From: Octopus sinensis
Lineage: Eukaryota
Length of the DNA: 64,000 bases
Direction of reading: 5' to 3'
Assembly (NCBI RefSeq): GCF_006345805.1
Contig: NC_043011.1
Coordinates: 21,402,464 to 21,466,463, forward strand
In this document: piece by piece, positions 49,270 to 61,484 of the stretch
Position numbering within the stretch: position 1 is the first letter of the stretch
How the letters are laid out: the number at the start of each line of letters is the position of its first letter
Position numbers and translations under genes: made by a program
Notes under the pieces: model-generated
Databases searched by the model: none
What the model was told of the DNA's origin: nothing
What the model saw: the letters and a program-made list of their open reading frames with translations, nothing else

Positions 49270-50500
49270 ATATCATATCCTTTCGGCAACATCTTTTAAC
49301 CACCAAGTGTCGAAGTACATCCATTCACTAAGTTTGCATACATAAGACTCATAACATCATAAGACTTGCAATGCAGCTCCTTGAGCAACACTCTTTGTCT
49401 GATAACCTTGAATACATGCCCGAAGAAGTCGCACGACTCTGCCACAACGTATCATCAGATGAAAAGATGAGCCTATATGAGCAGAAGACTATGCATGGAT
49501 ATGTTAGTAGAAAGCTCAGTGGTGCTAGTAACATTGATCATCAAAGCAGTCTATCATGGACCAATAGCCGGATTACTACCTCACATTTTGAAGGGTATGT
49601 GTTTCCAATCCAGGAACAGGAAATATCAACCAAGTACCTGGTGCACAAAGGGGATAGAGATGCAGGAAAAGACGTAAAATGTGACAACCGAGGCAGAATT
49701 TAGTGGAGTTCACACCAAAGATATCACCCACATCATAAGCAGTTGTCCGAAGATGTCATCACGGTATTATCTACCGATGAGACATGATGTTGTAGGTAGG
49801 ACACTCTATAATGAAATCCGTCGGAAGGATAACCCCGATGACAAAGAACCCAGAGTATAGTAGAAACCATAGCCACTCATAATAAAAAGGGGAAAGGAGT
49901 ACTGGTTTGAATATCTCAGTGAAGAGCTCAATAAAATGCGAGCACAACAAACCTAATATAATGATTTAGGATAGAGAAGAGAAACTGTGCATATGTGTTA
50001 ACATAAAGCTGAAGATCAGTTAAAAAGAGAATACCTACGCTGAACTATTGAGAAATCTGAAGTTTCTCTATCCATATTACAAGTTTAGGTTTATACCTGT
50101 AATTATTGGGGATCCGTGATATGTAACACACTGCCTAAATAACAGTCTTGAGGAATTAGGCTTCTCAAAACCAGAAAAGACAAAGCTGAATCGAAGACTA
50201 GATGCAATCCATCACTGTAACTGTAAAAATTTGTAAAACTTTTTAGAAGTTTACCATTTAAGTATATATAAGCATGTCTAGATATGCAAGTATATGCATG
50301 AGAATACATACATAAAACAAAACATACAAATCTGCACATATGCATGCATGTATACATACATACATACATACATACATGCATACATACATACATACATACA
50401 TACATACATAAACACCCTGTTGTTAATGTTGAAATTCCATTGAAGGAGCCTTGAATCTAGGTTAGAAACTGGCACTTTGCTTATTGTCACAAACTGAATA
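49270..50500 (+). mobile_element. RLE-type (R4/Dong-like) LINE 3' relic with 3' UTR
   Basis: HFEGYVFPIQEQEISTKYL..., KCDNR...DITHIISSCPKMSSRYYLPMRHDVV, EHNKPNIMI (PD-like motif), then (TACA)n UTR; disrupted. Confidence 0.85.
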
Positions 50501-50719
50501 TTGACATACATACATACATACATACATACATACATACATACATACATACATACATACATACATGCATGCATATCTTCTTCCTCTTTGATTTTCTCAGAGA
50601 ATTTATTCACATCAGCATAGCAGTTGATTTCATGCATGCATGTACGTATGTATGTATGCCTCTTCTATTTATAATTATTAAAAATAGTAGGAACATACAT
50701 ACATACGTACATGCATTCC

Positions 50720-51000
50720 TGAAGTCAACTACCATGCTGATATGAATATCACTTCGAAAATCAAGGAGGAAGCTCTTCGAAACCTTCAGCTTCTACACCC
50801 AGGTTATAATTTCACATATACACCAATAACAATTGGTGCCCTTGGATTTGTGAGTAAATGTGTAAGTGACAAGATGAGAAAGCCATTGTTTTCCGAAAGA
50901 GAAATCAACGAGCTGATGATACGCACATCACAAATAAGGTGTATAAGCGCAAGGATAAAGATATGCACAAAATATGCACAAAAGTGGGCAAGTTCAAAAT
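50720..51000 (+). mobile_element. Second RLE-type LINE C-terminal relic
   Basis: NITSKIKEEALRNLQLLHPGYNFTYTPITIGALGFV...IKICTK. Confidence 0.7.
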
Positions 51001-51120
51001 GTGACATTGATTTCGCTATCTGCATTCCAAAGCTGGAGCTTTGCCTCTGTCAGGAACCAGCTTCTTCCGTAAGAGGAAAACTTCAAATAGTTAAAAATAA
51101 AGCAAAACTTAACACACACA

Positions 51121-51179
<59 letters not shown>

Positions 51180-51626
51180 CACACACACACGCACACACAC
51201 ACACACACACACAGCGGCAGAGAGATAGACTGACAGACATTCATACATACATGCGTGCTTGCATACATGCACACATACATACATGCATTCATACATACAT
51301 TCTTGCATACATACGTTGATATATACATAGAAACATACATACGTATATACATAGATAACATGAGACATATACACATACATTCGAGCCTACACACATAGCA
51401 TATACGCATACGTACGTATATATACACACACACACATCCACATACACACATACACACATACATACACACACACATACATACATACATACATACATACATA
51501 CATACATACATACACACACACATACATACATACATACATACATACATACATACATACATACATACATACATACATGCATGCAGGCATACATACATACATA
51601 CATACATACATACATACATACATACA

Positions 51627-51658
<32 letters not shown>

Positions 51659-51994
51659 CACACACGTGCATGGTTAACATAATATAACATGCATATATGC
51701 TTGGTTCAGAATGTGTCGTTTTTATTTTAAGTCGATACCATTAAAAGACAGCCAATGATGGGATCGTCCAAGAACTGAATTAACTGCTAGATGTAACTGC
51801 CAGAATCACTAAGGACTGAAGTAACTGCTTTAGTCACACGTAGAATTAGACTATAGACTGAAATACGTCAGTGTGACGGTTCAGCAGTACTATTGTTCCT
51901 CCTAGATGTGAAACCCTTGACTTGCCTGTTGAGGAAAAAAGTTAAGGGAACATGCTAGTATCCTCAAAGGAACGAAAAAAATTATATCATCCGC

Positions 51995-52325
51995 ACTTTG
52001 TTTCTTTATTACCCACAAGGGGCTAAGCATAGAGGGGATAAACAAGGACAGACAAACGTATCTTCTGTGATGTGATCTTTGCAGTGTGGGGTTGCGCATT
52101 GTCCTGATGAAACATCACTCGTTTTCGACTCACTAAAGCGGCTCTTTTTTCCTTCAAAGCTTGGTTCAAACGCTCTAATTGCTGACAGTAGACTTGAGCA
52201 TTGATTGGGAATCAAACGGATTAAGTCGATTACATCGACCCCAGTGCGTAACTGGTACTTAATTTATCGACCCCGAAAGGATGAAAGGCAAAGTCGACCT
52301 CGGCGGAATTTGAACTCAGAACGTA
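51995..52325 (-). mobile_element. SINE family A interrupted by a mariner fragment
   Basis: ...ACAAGGACAGACAAACG / GATTAAGTCGATTACATCGACC... joined around the insert. Confidence 0.88.
52059..52212 (-). mobile_element. Internal mariner transposase fragment without TIRs
   Basis: INAQVYCQQLERLNQALKEKRAALVSRKRVMFHQDNAQPHTAKITSQK (HQDNAxPH motif). Confidence 0.88.
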
Positions 52326-52958
52326 ATATAAACGTTTCAAATTTACCGGCAAAATTATTTCAAGACCATGTAATATGTATGCAATTTTTTTGGCCAAAAT
52401 GGGTGGTCACACAACGAACCTGAATGCACCATATAAAGTTATAATTTAATGTTATTATACAATTTATTAATAATGGGAAAACAACGTAGCCTTATTTCAG
52501 TCACGAGAGCAAAAATCGTATATTACAGCAAAAAGTTTCCTTTTCGAACATCAGCAAGCAACTAAAGTGCAGTAAACCGGCTTGCGTGCAAGCGTGGAAG
52601 TTATACTCGGAGACTGGTCAATATAAAGATCGGCAAAGGACTAGTAACAGAATATTTTGAAACAAATAGAACTTTTATCATCGGTCTTAAATTTATTTTC
52701 GCCAGTGTGTATATTATATATATACATATAATGTATATAATACGAGAATTTTAATGGAGATAACCTGCAGTATATAGTACACCATTTTCGTCTCCGTATA
52801 TGAGCTAAGTATTAATAAAATGTGGTATACGATAAAAATTTCGGATATTTGTCTTAAAACATTCAGACAAGAAAATTCAGATGTAGCACATGAGGTATTA
52901 TTCCATACGAATATACACATATTTATGTTAAGATTTTCATGATAAAAATATAGAAATG

Positions 52959-53523
52959 TTGGGTTGTCCGGAAAGTTCGTGCCGATTTATAGTAGCTTAT
53001 CTTTCGACTTACTTTAGAACATGTTTGAGTCCATAAAATAGGATTTGACTACACTTCCATTTAGAGCACAGTTTAAGCTATCTTTTCATGGAAGAAGGTT
53101 TATGTTCTTATAACCTGTGTTAATTCTGTACCCTTTAAAATAAAAGATGAGAAAGTTCATTTTCGGCACTTGATGCTTTGGGGAGCAGACAAAAATTGCT
53201 GTAGCTCGGCTGGAATGTGCTACCCCCACCCTCCCTATTACCCAGATATTACTCCTTCGGGTTTCCACTTATTCAGGTCTCTGCAGAAAAGTCTTAATGG
53301 TAAAAATTTCACTTCCTTAGATGACGTAAAAAGATACCTTGACGAATTCTTTGCCTTGAAACCACCCCAATTCTGGGAAGAGGGTATTTTCAAGGTAAAG
53401 GAAAGATGGAGATGTATTGTGCAACGAAATGGTTCAGATTTGGTTAATTAAAAATGTAATGGCAAGTATTTAGTGACCTTTACTTTCCTTTAAAAATCGG
53501 AACGAACTTTCCGGACAACCCAA
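52959..53523 (+). mobile_element. Internally deleted mariner element
   Basis: 30-bp TIRs TTGGGTTGTCCGGAAAGTTCGT.CCGATTT; flanks TG/TA; KVHFRHLMLW fused to PHPPYYPDITPSGFHLFRSLQ...ERWRCIVQRNG. Confidence 0.93.
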
Positions 53524-54024
53524 TATAAACATAACAATGAAATACGAATATAAACATGAAAAATAAAAACCTAAATTGAAAGAGACGATTAAAGTTTTTT
53601 TCCTAACCTGCAACCGTTTCAGAAGAGTGGTTGTACGAAGTATTCGAAATTCAGCCCTCCTTCCCCAGGGTTCCTTTCCCGAGGTAAAATCCAGCAAAAA
53701 GCATTAAGGCACTACATGGTGAGTATTCAGTTGGTGAAAGTTCAGTTTTTGAGTATCGATGAATAAGTGACAGATTTTCAAGAGGATTACCACGTTTAAA
53801 TAAGAAATGAAATTCATTGAAAGGTTAACTTTAGTTAATCATGCAAATAATAGCCAATGGGAATATTCCACTCTCTACTATAAAAAAATAATTTAAGATT
53901 ACAGGTTTGTGCATAAGTGTTCACTGGATCTAATGATTTAATTGGACCGTTATTTTCAAAAAGCTTTTATATTCTAAAAAATTATATTTTAAAGTTTAAG
54001 AAAATTATAAGACGCTAAATATTT

Positions 54025-54116
54025 ATGCAAAGGTTATTTGAGTACGTACGTTTCAAGATTAGTCAAAATCGATTTTGACTAATCTTGAAACGTACGTACT
54101 CAAATAACCTTTGCAT
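54025..54116. repeat. 92-bp perfect palindrome with no spacer
   Basis: 46-bp arms pair base for base around AAATC|GATTT. Confidence 0.97.
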
Positions 54117-54392
54117 TTGATTTTTTAATGTCTCTACCCCCATACTTCCTTGAGTTGATTGAGCAAACACTATATGAAGAGGTTTTCTTTAAGTGTTAGA
54201 AATAGTTTTATGAAAAGTTTTTTTACTGCTGATTTCTAACGAGTTCAGTATGCGGCAAAGTAATTATTTACTAAGGCCCTTTTATATAATGTAATAATTG
54301 AATTCGCCTTAAATGGTCCTTTGCATACTGAATACTTGGTGAAATTGATTAATTAATTAATAATTTTACCCTCAATGTTGAAATTATATATA

Positions 54393-54446
<54 letters not shown>

Positions 54447-54512
54447 TTCGTAGACAGGAACTGAAACAAATCGATCGTATATATATATGTATGTATATAT
54501 GTAAGTGTATGT

Positions 54513-57230
54513 GTTTTGGTATTGGCAACATGAATGACAATGGCCAGGGACTACTTGAATTTTGCACATACCATAACCTGTGCATCACTAACACATTCTT
54601 TGCCAACAAGACATCCCACAAGGCATCTTGGATACATCCAAGATCTCACCACTGGCATCAGCTGGATCTTATCATTACACGAAGACCCTTTCTGAATTCT
54701 GTTCAACTGACCCGTAGTTACCACAGCGCGGATTGTGACACAGATCATTCTCTAATAAGAAGCCTAAAAAGTCCACCACTCCAAGAAAATGGGCCGACCA
54801 CGCATTAGCATTGCCAGAACCTCCGACCCTACACTGCGACAATGTTTTGCTGTTTCTATCAAAGTTGCCCTCAGTAGCTGCCCAACCACCTCTGCTGAAA
54901 GTAGGTGGAATTATATCAGGCAAGCTTTGTATACCACATCAATAGATACTTTCGGCATGAGAGAAAGGCAAAACCCAGATTTGTTCAGTGCTGGGTTCTC
55001 AGAGCTGGAAACAGTTATCGAAACAAAGCGTGCAGCTCTGATGTAATACAAGAGTGATTCTTCTATAAAATCACTCGAAGAACTCAGAAAGGCAAGAAAT
55101 AAAACCCAACTGGCTGCCAGACGCTCTGAAAATAGGCATTGGCAGGAAATCTGTCAGAGTATCCAGTCAGCTGCTGATAGTGGCGACACCCGTGGGATGT
55201 ATGCCGGTTTGAAGAAGGCGCTCGGTCCATCCGCAACCAATTCAGCCCCTCTGAAATCAACTACTGGGGATCTCATCAAGGACCAAAGCAAGCAAATGGA
55301 TAGATGGGTGGAGTACTACCAGGATCTCTACTCACGAGAGACCACGGTAGCTGAGGCTGCAATCGAGGGTGTCAAGATCTTGCCAGTCATGTGTGAACTT
55401 GACAGTCTGTCATCTATAGCAGAGCTCACCAAGGCTATTGACTCCCTAGCAAGAAAGAAGGCTCCGGGAAAAGACGGCATCCCCTTAGAGATCATCAAAA
55501 CCGGCAAAAACACCATCCTGCTTCGGCACATTCATGAGCTTCTGTGTCAGTGCTGGGAAGAGGGTACAGTCCCTCAGGATATGCGGGATGCTAACATCAT
55601 TACGCTTTACAAAAACAAATGTGACCGTGGTGATTGTAACAATTACCGTGGAATATCTCTTCTAAGCACTGTTGGAAAGGCCTCTGCTCGCATTATCCTG
55701 TCCAGGCTGCAACTGCTTGCTTCTCGAATTTATCCAGAATCGCAGTGTGGCTTTAGAAGAAGCAGATCAACTATTGACATGATATTCTCCATACGCCAAC
55801 TTCAGGAGTAGTCCAGAGAGAAGAAAATGCCATTACATATGGCCTTCATTGATCTGACAAAGGCCTTTGACTTGGTAAGTAGAAAAGGCCTCTTCATCCT
55901 GCTCTAAAAAATCGGATGTCCACCAAAGCTGCTGAGGATCATCACATCTTTCCATGATGATATGCAAGGCATCATACAGTACAATGGTTCAACATCAGCC
56001 GCCTTCCAAAAAAAATGGGGTAAAGCAAGCAAGGTTGTGTCCTTGATCCTAGATTATTTGGCATCTTCTCGCTGCTGCTGTCACATGCCTTTGTGACATC
56101 AGATGATGGAGTGTTTCCGCACAGTAGAAGTGATGGGAAACTGTTCAATCTCTCGCGTCTGTGTGCCAAGACCAAAATCAGAAGTGTCCTGATCAAGGAG
56201 ATGCTATTTGCTGATGCTGCTGCTCTGGTATCACACACAGAAGAAGCCCTACGAAGGCTCATCAACTGTTTTGAGCAAGCATGTGACAACTTTGGCTTAT
56301 TTATCAGCCTCAAGAAGACCAACATCATGGGTCAGGCTTCATCGACCATCCCAAACATACATATTGGAGACCACAGACTACAGGAGGTGGAGAAGTTTAC
56401 CTATCTTGGCTCTACCATCACCTACAGCCTATCCCTTGATACTGAGCTCAATATACGCATTGGCAAAGCAGCTGCTGTGATGGCCCAACTCTCCAAACGG
56501 GCATGGGACAACAATAAGCTGACCAAGACCACAAAAATGAAGATTTACCAGGCATGTGTACTTAGCACTCTACTGTATGGAAGTGAGACTTGAACGCCAT
56601 ACACACGCCATACGACGCCATACGTCGCCTAAATATCTTTCACCTGCGCTGCCTCCGGAAAATCCTTCGCATCAAATGGCAGAATCATGTCCACAACAAA
56701 GATGTCCCCAAGCAAGCAGGAATACCAAGCATGTTTACACCCCTCACACAAAGACGTATGAGATGGCTCCGACATGTTAGCCGTATGGGAGATGGCAGAA
56801 TCCCCAAGGACATACTCAACGGAGAGCTTGCTAGGGGCACTAGGTCTGTGGGAAGACCGTTCTTACGGTACAAGGGTGTTTGCAAAAGGGACATGAATGC
56901 CTGCAACATCAATATTACCAACTGGGAAGCAGTTGCCAGCAACAGTGGAGATTGGCGACGTACCGTAAAAGAGGTAACACAAAGGAGTGACATAAAGGGA
57001 GAGGAGAAATGGAAAGACAAGAAAATACGTCAACAAGAAAGTATGACATTACAACCAGCCAGGCAAAGTCTTCGCTACATTTGCGGCACCTGCCAGAGGA
57101 GTGTTTGTCCAGGATAGGACTACACATCTACAGCAGGAGATGTATTAGGACATGAAATGTAAAAGCCGGACTAGATTATTTTATGCACAACTCCATTGTC
57201 TCCCGAGACAAAAAGGATGCCAATAACAAT
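54513..57230 (+). mobile_element. 5'-truncated RTE/BovB-type LINE (APE end, RT, C-terminus), disrupted
   Basis: NDNGQGLLEFC...HPRSHHWHQLDLII, NYRGISLLS...PESQCGFR, FIDLTKAFD, MLFADAAAL, FTYLGS, TLLYGSET; stops and frameshifts; 3' end GGATGCCAATAACAA. Confidence 0.96.
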
Positions 57231-57239
57231 ATATATATG

Positions 57240-57425
57240 GATTTCGTAGACAGGAACTGAAACAAATCAATCGTATATATATGTATATATGTAAGTGTAT
57301 GTGTGTGTCTTTGTGTCTGTGTTTCGCCCTCATCACTGCTTCTCAACTGCTGTTCATTTATTTACACCCACAAAACTTACTGGTTTCACAAGAACAAACT
57401 AATAGAATAAGTACTAGGCTTATCA
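57240..57425 (+). mobile_element. Old SINE family B remnant, target of the RTE insertion
   Basis: GATTTCGTAGACAGGAACTGAAA...TAGAATAAGTACTAGGCTT. Confidence 0.65.
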
Positions 57426-57540
57426 ACATAAAAAGCACTAGGCTGTGTCTCATATTTTTGTTTGCCCACTCAGTTGTATCTATCAATTATTCTTTCTGTG
57501 TGTGTGTGTATCTATATCTATATCTATCTATTTATCTATC

Positions 57541-57617
<77 letters not shown>

Positions 57618-57623
<6 letters not shown>

Positions 57624-57803
57624 TAATATCTATGGTAAAAATTTCATCAACAGCAAAAATATATGAATTGCCATGGGGGTTATGGCCCTTATGCTTAGAA
57701 TATAATTTCCAAATTTCATAAAGATCCATTCAGTACTTTTGACCTAGTTTTGGATCATAAAAGAAATGACTAAAATTTGGGAGTTAAGGCTCCCATTAGG
57801 GTG

Positions 57804-57849
<46 letters not shown>

Positions 57850-58035
57850 CACCCTAATGGGAGCCTTAACTCCCAAATTTTAGTCATTTCTTTTATGATC
57901 CAAAACTAGGTCAAAAGTACTGAATGGATCTTTATGAAATTTGGAAATTATATTCTAAGCATAAGGGCCATAACCCCCATGGCAATTCATATATTTTTGC
58001 TGTTGATGAAATTTTTACCATAGATATTAGACATA
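57618..58035. repeat. 418-bp perfect palindrome centred on (TA)n
   Basis: ~185-bp arms with no mismatch seen; centre 57805-57848. Confidence 0.97.
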
Positions 58036-58862
58036 AATGAAGTTATATTTATAGAAGTTACAAAGTTAGAAAGACCCCTCCGTGGGGACTTAACACCCAC
58101 AATTTTGTCATTTTATCTAACCAAAAACGAATACAGTTGTGCTCTTGGAAGCTGTAGGGTTACCCGAGCATAAAAGTTGGGCATTATTTCTAATTCAATG
58201 GTACAACAGTGTAACAGTTTGCTTTGACATACACTTACATTGTGATTTCTGCAATGTGGTGCATAACTTGTTAAGTAATTGAGAAGCATCTTTGTCTCCA
58301 CTGATTCAGTTGCAAAGTGTTGAGTAAAGTTATTTGATTGCAGACCTCCTTTCAGTCTTTTTATTATCACTCGGTCACACATAGTCCCCAGATGGTAACA
58401 TTGATTACAAGGCCTTCCCAGATGAGTGACTGCTTATTCAAAGACATTTATAGATTTTAAATTCATTCTGTCCAGTTACGTATCAGTATAGTGGTCATTT
58501 GCAAACTCCAGAGGTGACACTTTAATTTCTCCTAAGCCCTCACGTCAGACAGTTGTTAATGTTTATTTCAGTTGGGTCACGCCCTTCCAATTGCTATAGA
58601 TTCGTAATGCATCTTACGGCTGTGCCTGTCACCTGGATGGTGAGGAATCCTACACTGGGAGTGGTAACGACTAGGGTAGGGTAACTGACTGCTTATTGTG
58701 ATCATTCGTTTTTTGGTTTCCATGTGACATGATTACAATTTTTTTAGGGTGTGTAAAGAGGGAAATAACCCTCATCTGCAATTTTGATGAAATTCGACAC
58801 ATAGATATTCCAGTTCATTCAGAAAATATAACAGAAAAGTCTAATTCTTCAATTGAATGTAA

Positions 58863-58889
58863 CCGGGCTACGCCGGGTATTTCTGCTAG
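58863..58889 (+). mobile_element. Helitron-like 3' terminus
   Basis: CCGG-GCTACG-CCGG hairpin, 9 nt, CTAG, then T; 5' extent unknown, possibly back to ~57850. Confidence 0.55.
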
Positions 58890-59699
58890 TATTCCATATA
58901 AAAATAGACGTATATTACACTTACAAAATATCATTGAATGAGATATTCATTTCAAGCTAATATTGCGATAAATAGACTAAAATATTTCGCCTCTTATCTT
59001 CAGAGATTTTTATCTAAGGGAGATTGATTTTAGGATACGTAGTAACGGTTCTAGTTGTTATTCTTTGTCTCAGAGCTTTACCAGAGTAAATCAAAACTTT
59101 GTGACCAGAATCAGGGCCAAAATTCCCGATGTGTATAAGTATGTTTATGTGTATGCATATATACCCATATATATACATATATATACAAATTTAGTGAGAG
59201 GGAGAATGATGGCTATTTGCTGATCTTTCCACCCTGAAGACGAAGCCCGGTCTTACGGTAATGTTTATATGCATCCTCTACTGGTTGTATATGTTTGACT
59301 TTTTTGCACACTTCATCTGCCTCTATAAATATTACGACTATTGTATAATACCGAGCCCGCAGAAACAGCAGTCGAACTTGAAATGCCATGCCTCTCCCCT
59401 TAGTTTTCTAGATTTTTGAACTCCATGCAAATTTGTTCTGTAACTACATAAATGTCAATATGCTTTTACACAAGTGTTCATCTTCAAAATATTTCCAGCT
59501 ATCGTTTCTCTCTGTCTCTTTCTGTCTCTCTGTCTCTCTGTCTCTCTCTGTCTCACTCTCTCTTTCTCTCTCTCTCTCTCTCATTCTCTCTCCCATTCTC
59601 TCTCTCTCTTTCTATAAATATATATATATTATACACATATACACACATACCCATATCTATATACATATATCTATATGTATATGTATTTATATATATATA

Positions 59700-59730
<31 letters not shown>

Positions 59731-59740
<10 letters not shown>

Positions 59741-59924
59741 TATTAGAGACAAACCACTATTTTGCAAAACAAACAAGGAAAGACTTAATCAATACATAAA
59801 ATTTTAATAAATAGTCAAAAAAACCGCCACTACAATTGTTTCTTGTCTTGATCGACAATCTTCAGGTGGACTTCCAATAAGTCAGTCTTGCAAAATAGTG
59901 TTTTGTCTCTAATAATATTTTATA
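59731..59924. mobile_element. Fold-back cassette (37-bp arms) enclosing one intact hammerhead
   Basis: 59731-59767 versus 59888-59924 with one mismatch; cassette bounded by (TA)n tracts at ~59.70 and ~60.00 kb. Confidence 0.88.
59827..59869 (-). ncRNA. Minimal type-I hammerhead ribozyme, intact core
   Basis: CCAC-CUGAAGA-UUGUC/GAUCAA/GACAA-GAAA-CAAUUG-UA-GUGG; all three stems and all core positions present. Confidence 0.8.
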
Positions 59925-60000
59925 ATATTTTACTATAAAATTGGATTTAATCCTAAATCTGATTTTTCCCTGTAATTTGGATTTATTCCCTAATATTTAT

Positions 60001-60037
<37 letters not shown>

Positions 60038-61005
60038 CATACGTATGTATGCATGTATATACATAAACATAAAAAAAAATTCTTGTATAAGTATCATGCG
60101 CGAAACTCTACACTTTTGAGTCACTTATGTTTGCTTTAGAATCAAATGATAAAGGTACACACACACACACATGCACACGCGCGCACGCACTCACACACTC
60201 GATGATCTTTTATCGGAAATGATTAGGATTTTCTCGCATTTCAGAATGACTAGAAAACAGGACAAGGCATGCTTATATACTCATACCGTGTAGATAGTTT
60301 TATATAAAGTTGACACTGTATCATATATATCCAGCTATTTACATTTTCACTTCAGCTTGCCCGCCAAATATGACTACGACACGTGACTTTTGCTTTTCTA
60401 ATTTTTTCGTTTTTCTCTTTTTCCTTTTTTTTTATTCCTCCGAATTTACTGAGTGCTTTCATTAATTATCGGTTTGTGATGCTACTCTTATGCAAAAAAA
60501 AAAGCGATTTGGAAGTTTAATGGTGTTTGGAATTGGTATAATAGACTGTTATGTGTTAGATATTCAGAAAGCAAGATTAAATTGGGCATTTATTTCACGT
60601 AAAATTAGGATGATAAATAAGGCTAATTGTTTGGTCTCTTATGTTCAAAGATTTTCATCAAAGGGAAATAAATGTGTTTGCATGTTCGCCACATGTTTGT
60701 GCGTTGCTGATGTATGCGTTGTTGTGGGTGTTCTTGCTGTTGTTTAGGTCCAGGTCAGCCCTGATCGGGTAAACCTATGATCGAGGCCAGCCATGACCAT
60801 CCAGTAATTTTACTTCGGACTACATTAATGAACGTGTAATATTTTTTAAGATTATATGCTATTATTTGAGAGAGATTTAGCTGTTATTTCTAACAGATCA
60901 CATGATTTTATTGCGGCACCCCCATTGATATAAATGGTATGTGTGTGCGTGTGTAACACATACATACACACACACATACTCACAGATATATATATATATA
61001 TATAA

Positions 61006-61228
61006 GGCGAGCTGGCAGAACCGTTAGCACGCCGGGCGAAATGCGTAGCCGTATTTCGTCTGCCGTTACGTTCTGAGTTCAAATTCCGCCGAGGTCGACT
61101 TTGCCTTTCATCCTTTCGGGGTCGATAAATTAAGTACCAGTTACGCACTGGGGTCGATGTAATCGACTTAATCCCTTTGTCTGTCCTTGTTTGTCCCCTC
61201 TATGTTTAGCCCCTTGTGGGCAATAAAG

Positions 61229-61233
<5 letters not shown>
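61006..61233 (+). mobile_element. Full-length, young-looking SINE family A
   Basis: A-box-like TGGCAGAACCGTTAG, B-box-like GAGTTCAAATTCC, tail CAATAAAGAAATA. Confidence 0.93.
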
Positions 61234-61275
<42 letters not shown>

Positions 61276-61484
61276 TACACACACACACACATAAACATGT
61301 GTGTATTTTTCAAGTAACTGTATTTCTAACAACTTTTTTTGATAAATTAGCACGAAACCGTACCATGTAGAGGTACGTCTTTTTGGCATATGTCACACAC
61401 TTTTCATTAATTAAGCTATAATGAATTTCCATTTTTATTTCATCACTAACGATCCTTGCCTGAATTGTGGTTGTAGCGCTTGGA

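Noticed and set aside
50415-50480. Stem followed by GAAAC in the RLE LINE 3' UTR (also 17.75 and 27.4 kb)
   Set aside because: No CUGANGA core in any of the three copies.
59234-59373. CUGAAGA ... GAAAC-AGCA-GUC as a long-stem-II hammerhead
   Set aside because: I could not pair stem I or the base of stem II; it may still be a decayed relative.
60087-60128. AUAAGU...GAAA-CUC...GAG-UC-ACUUAU hammerhead-like fold
   Set aside because: Stems I and III pair, but the core matches only 4 of 7 and stem II is absent; plausible by chance.
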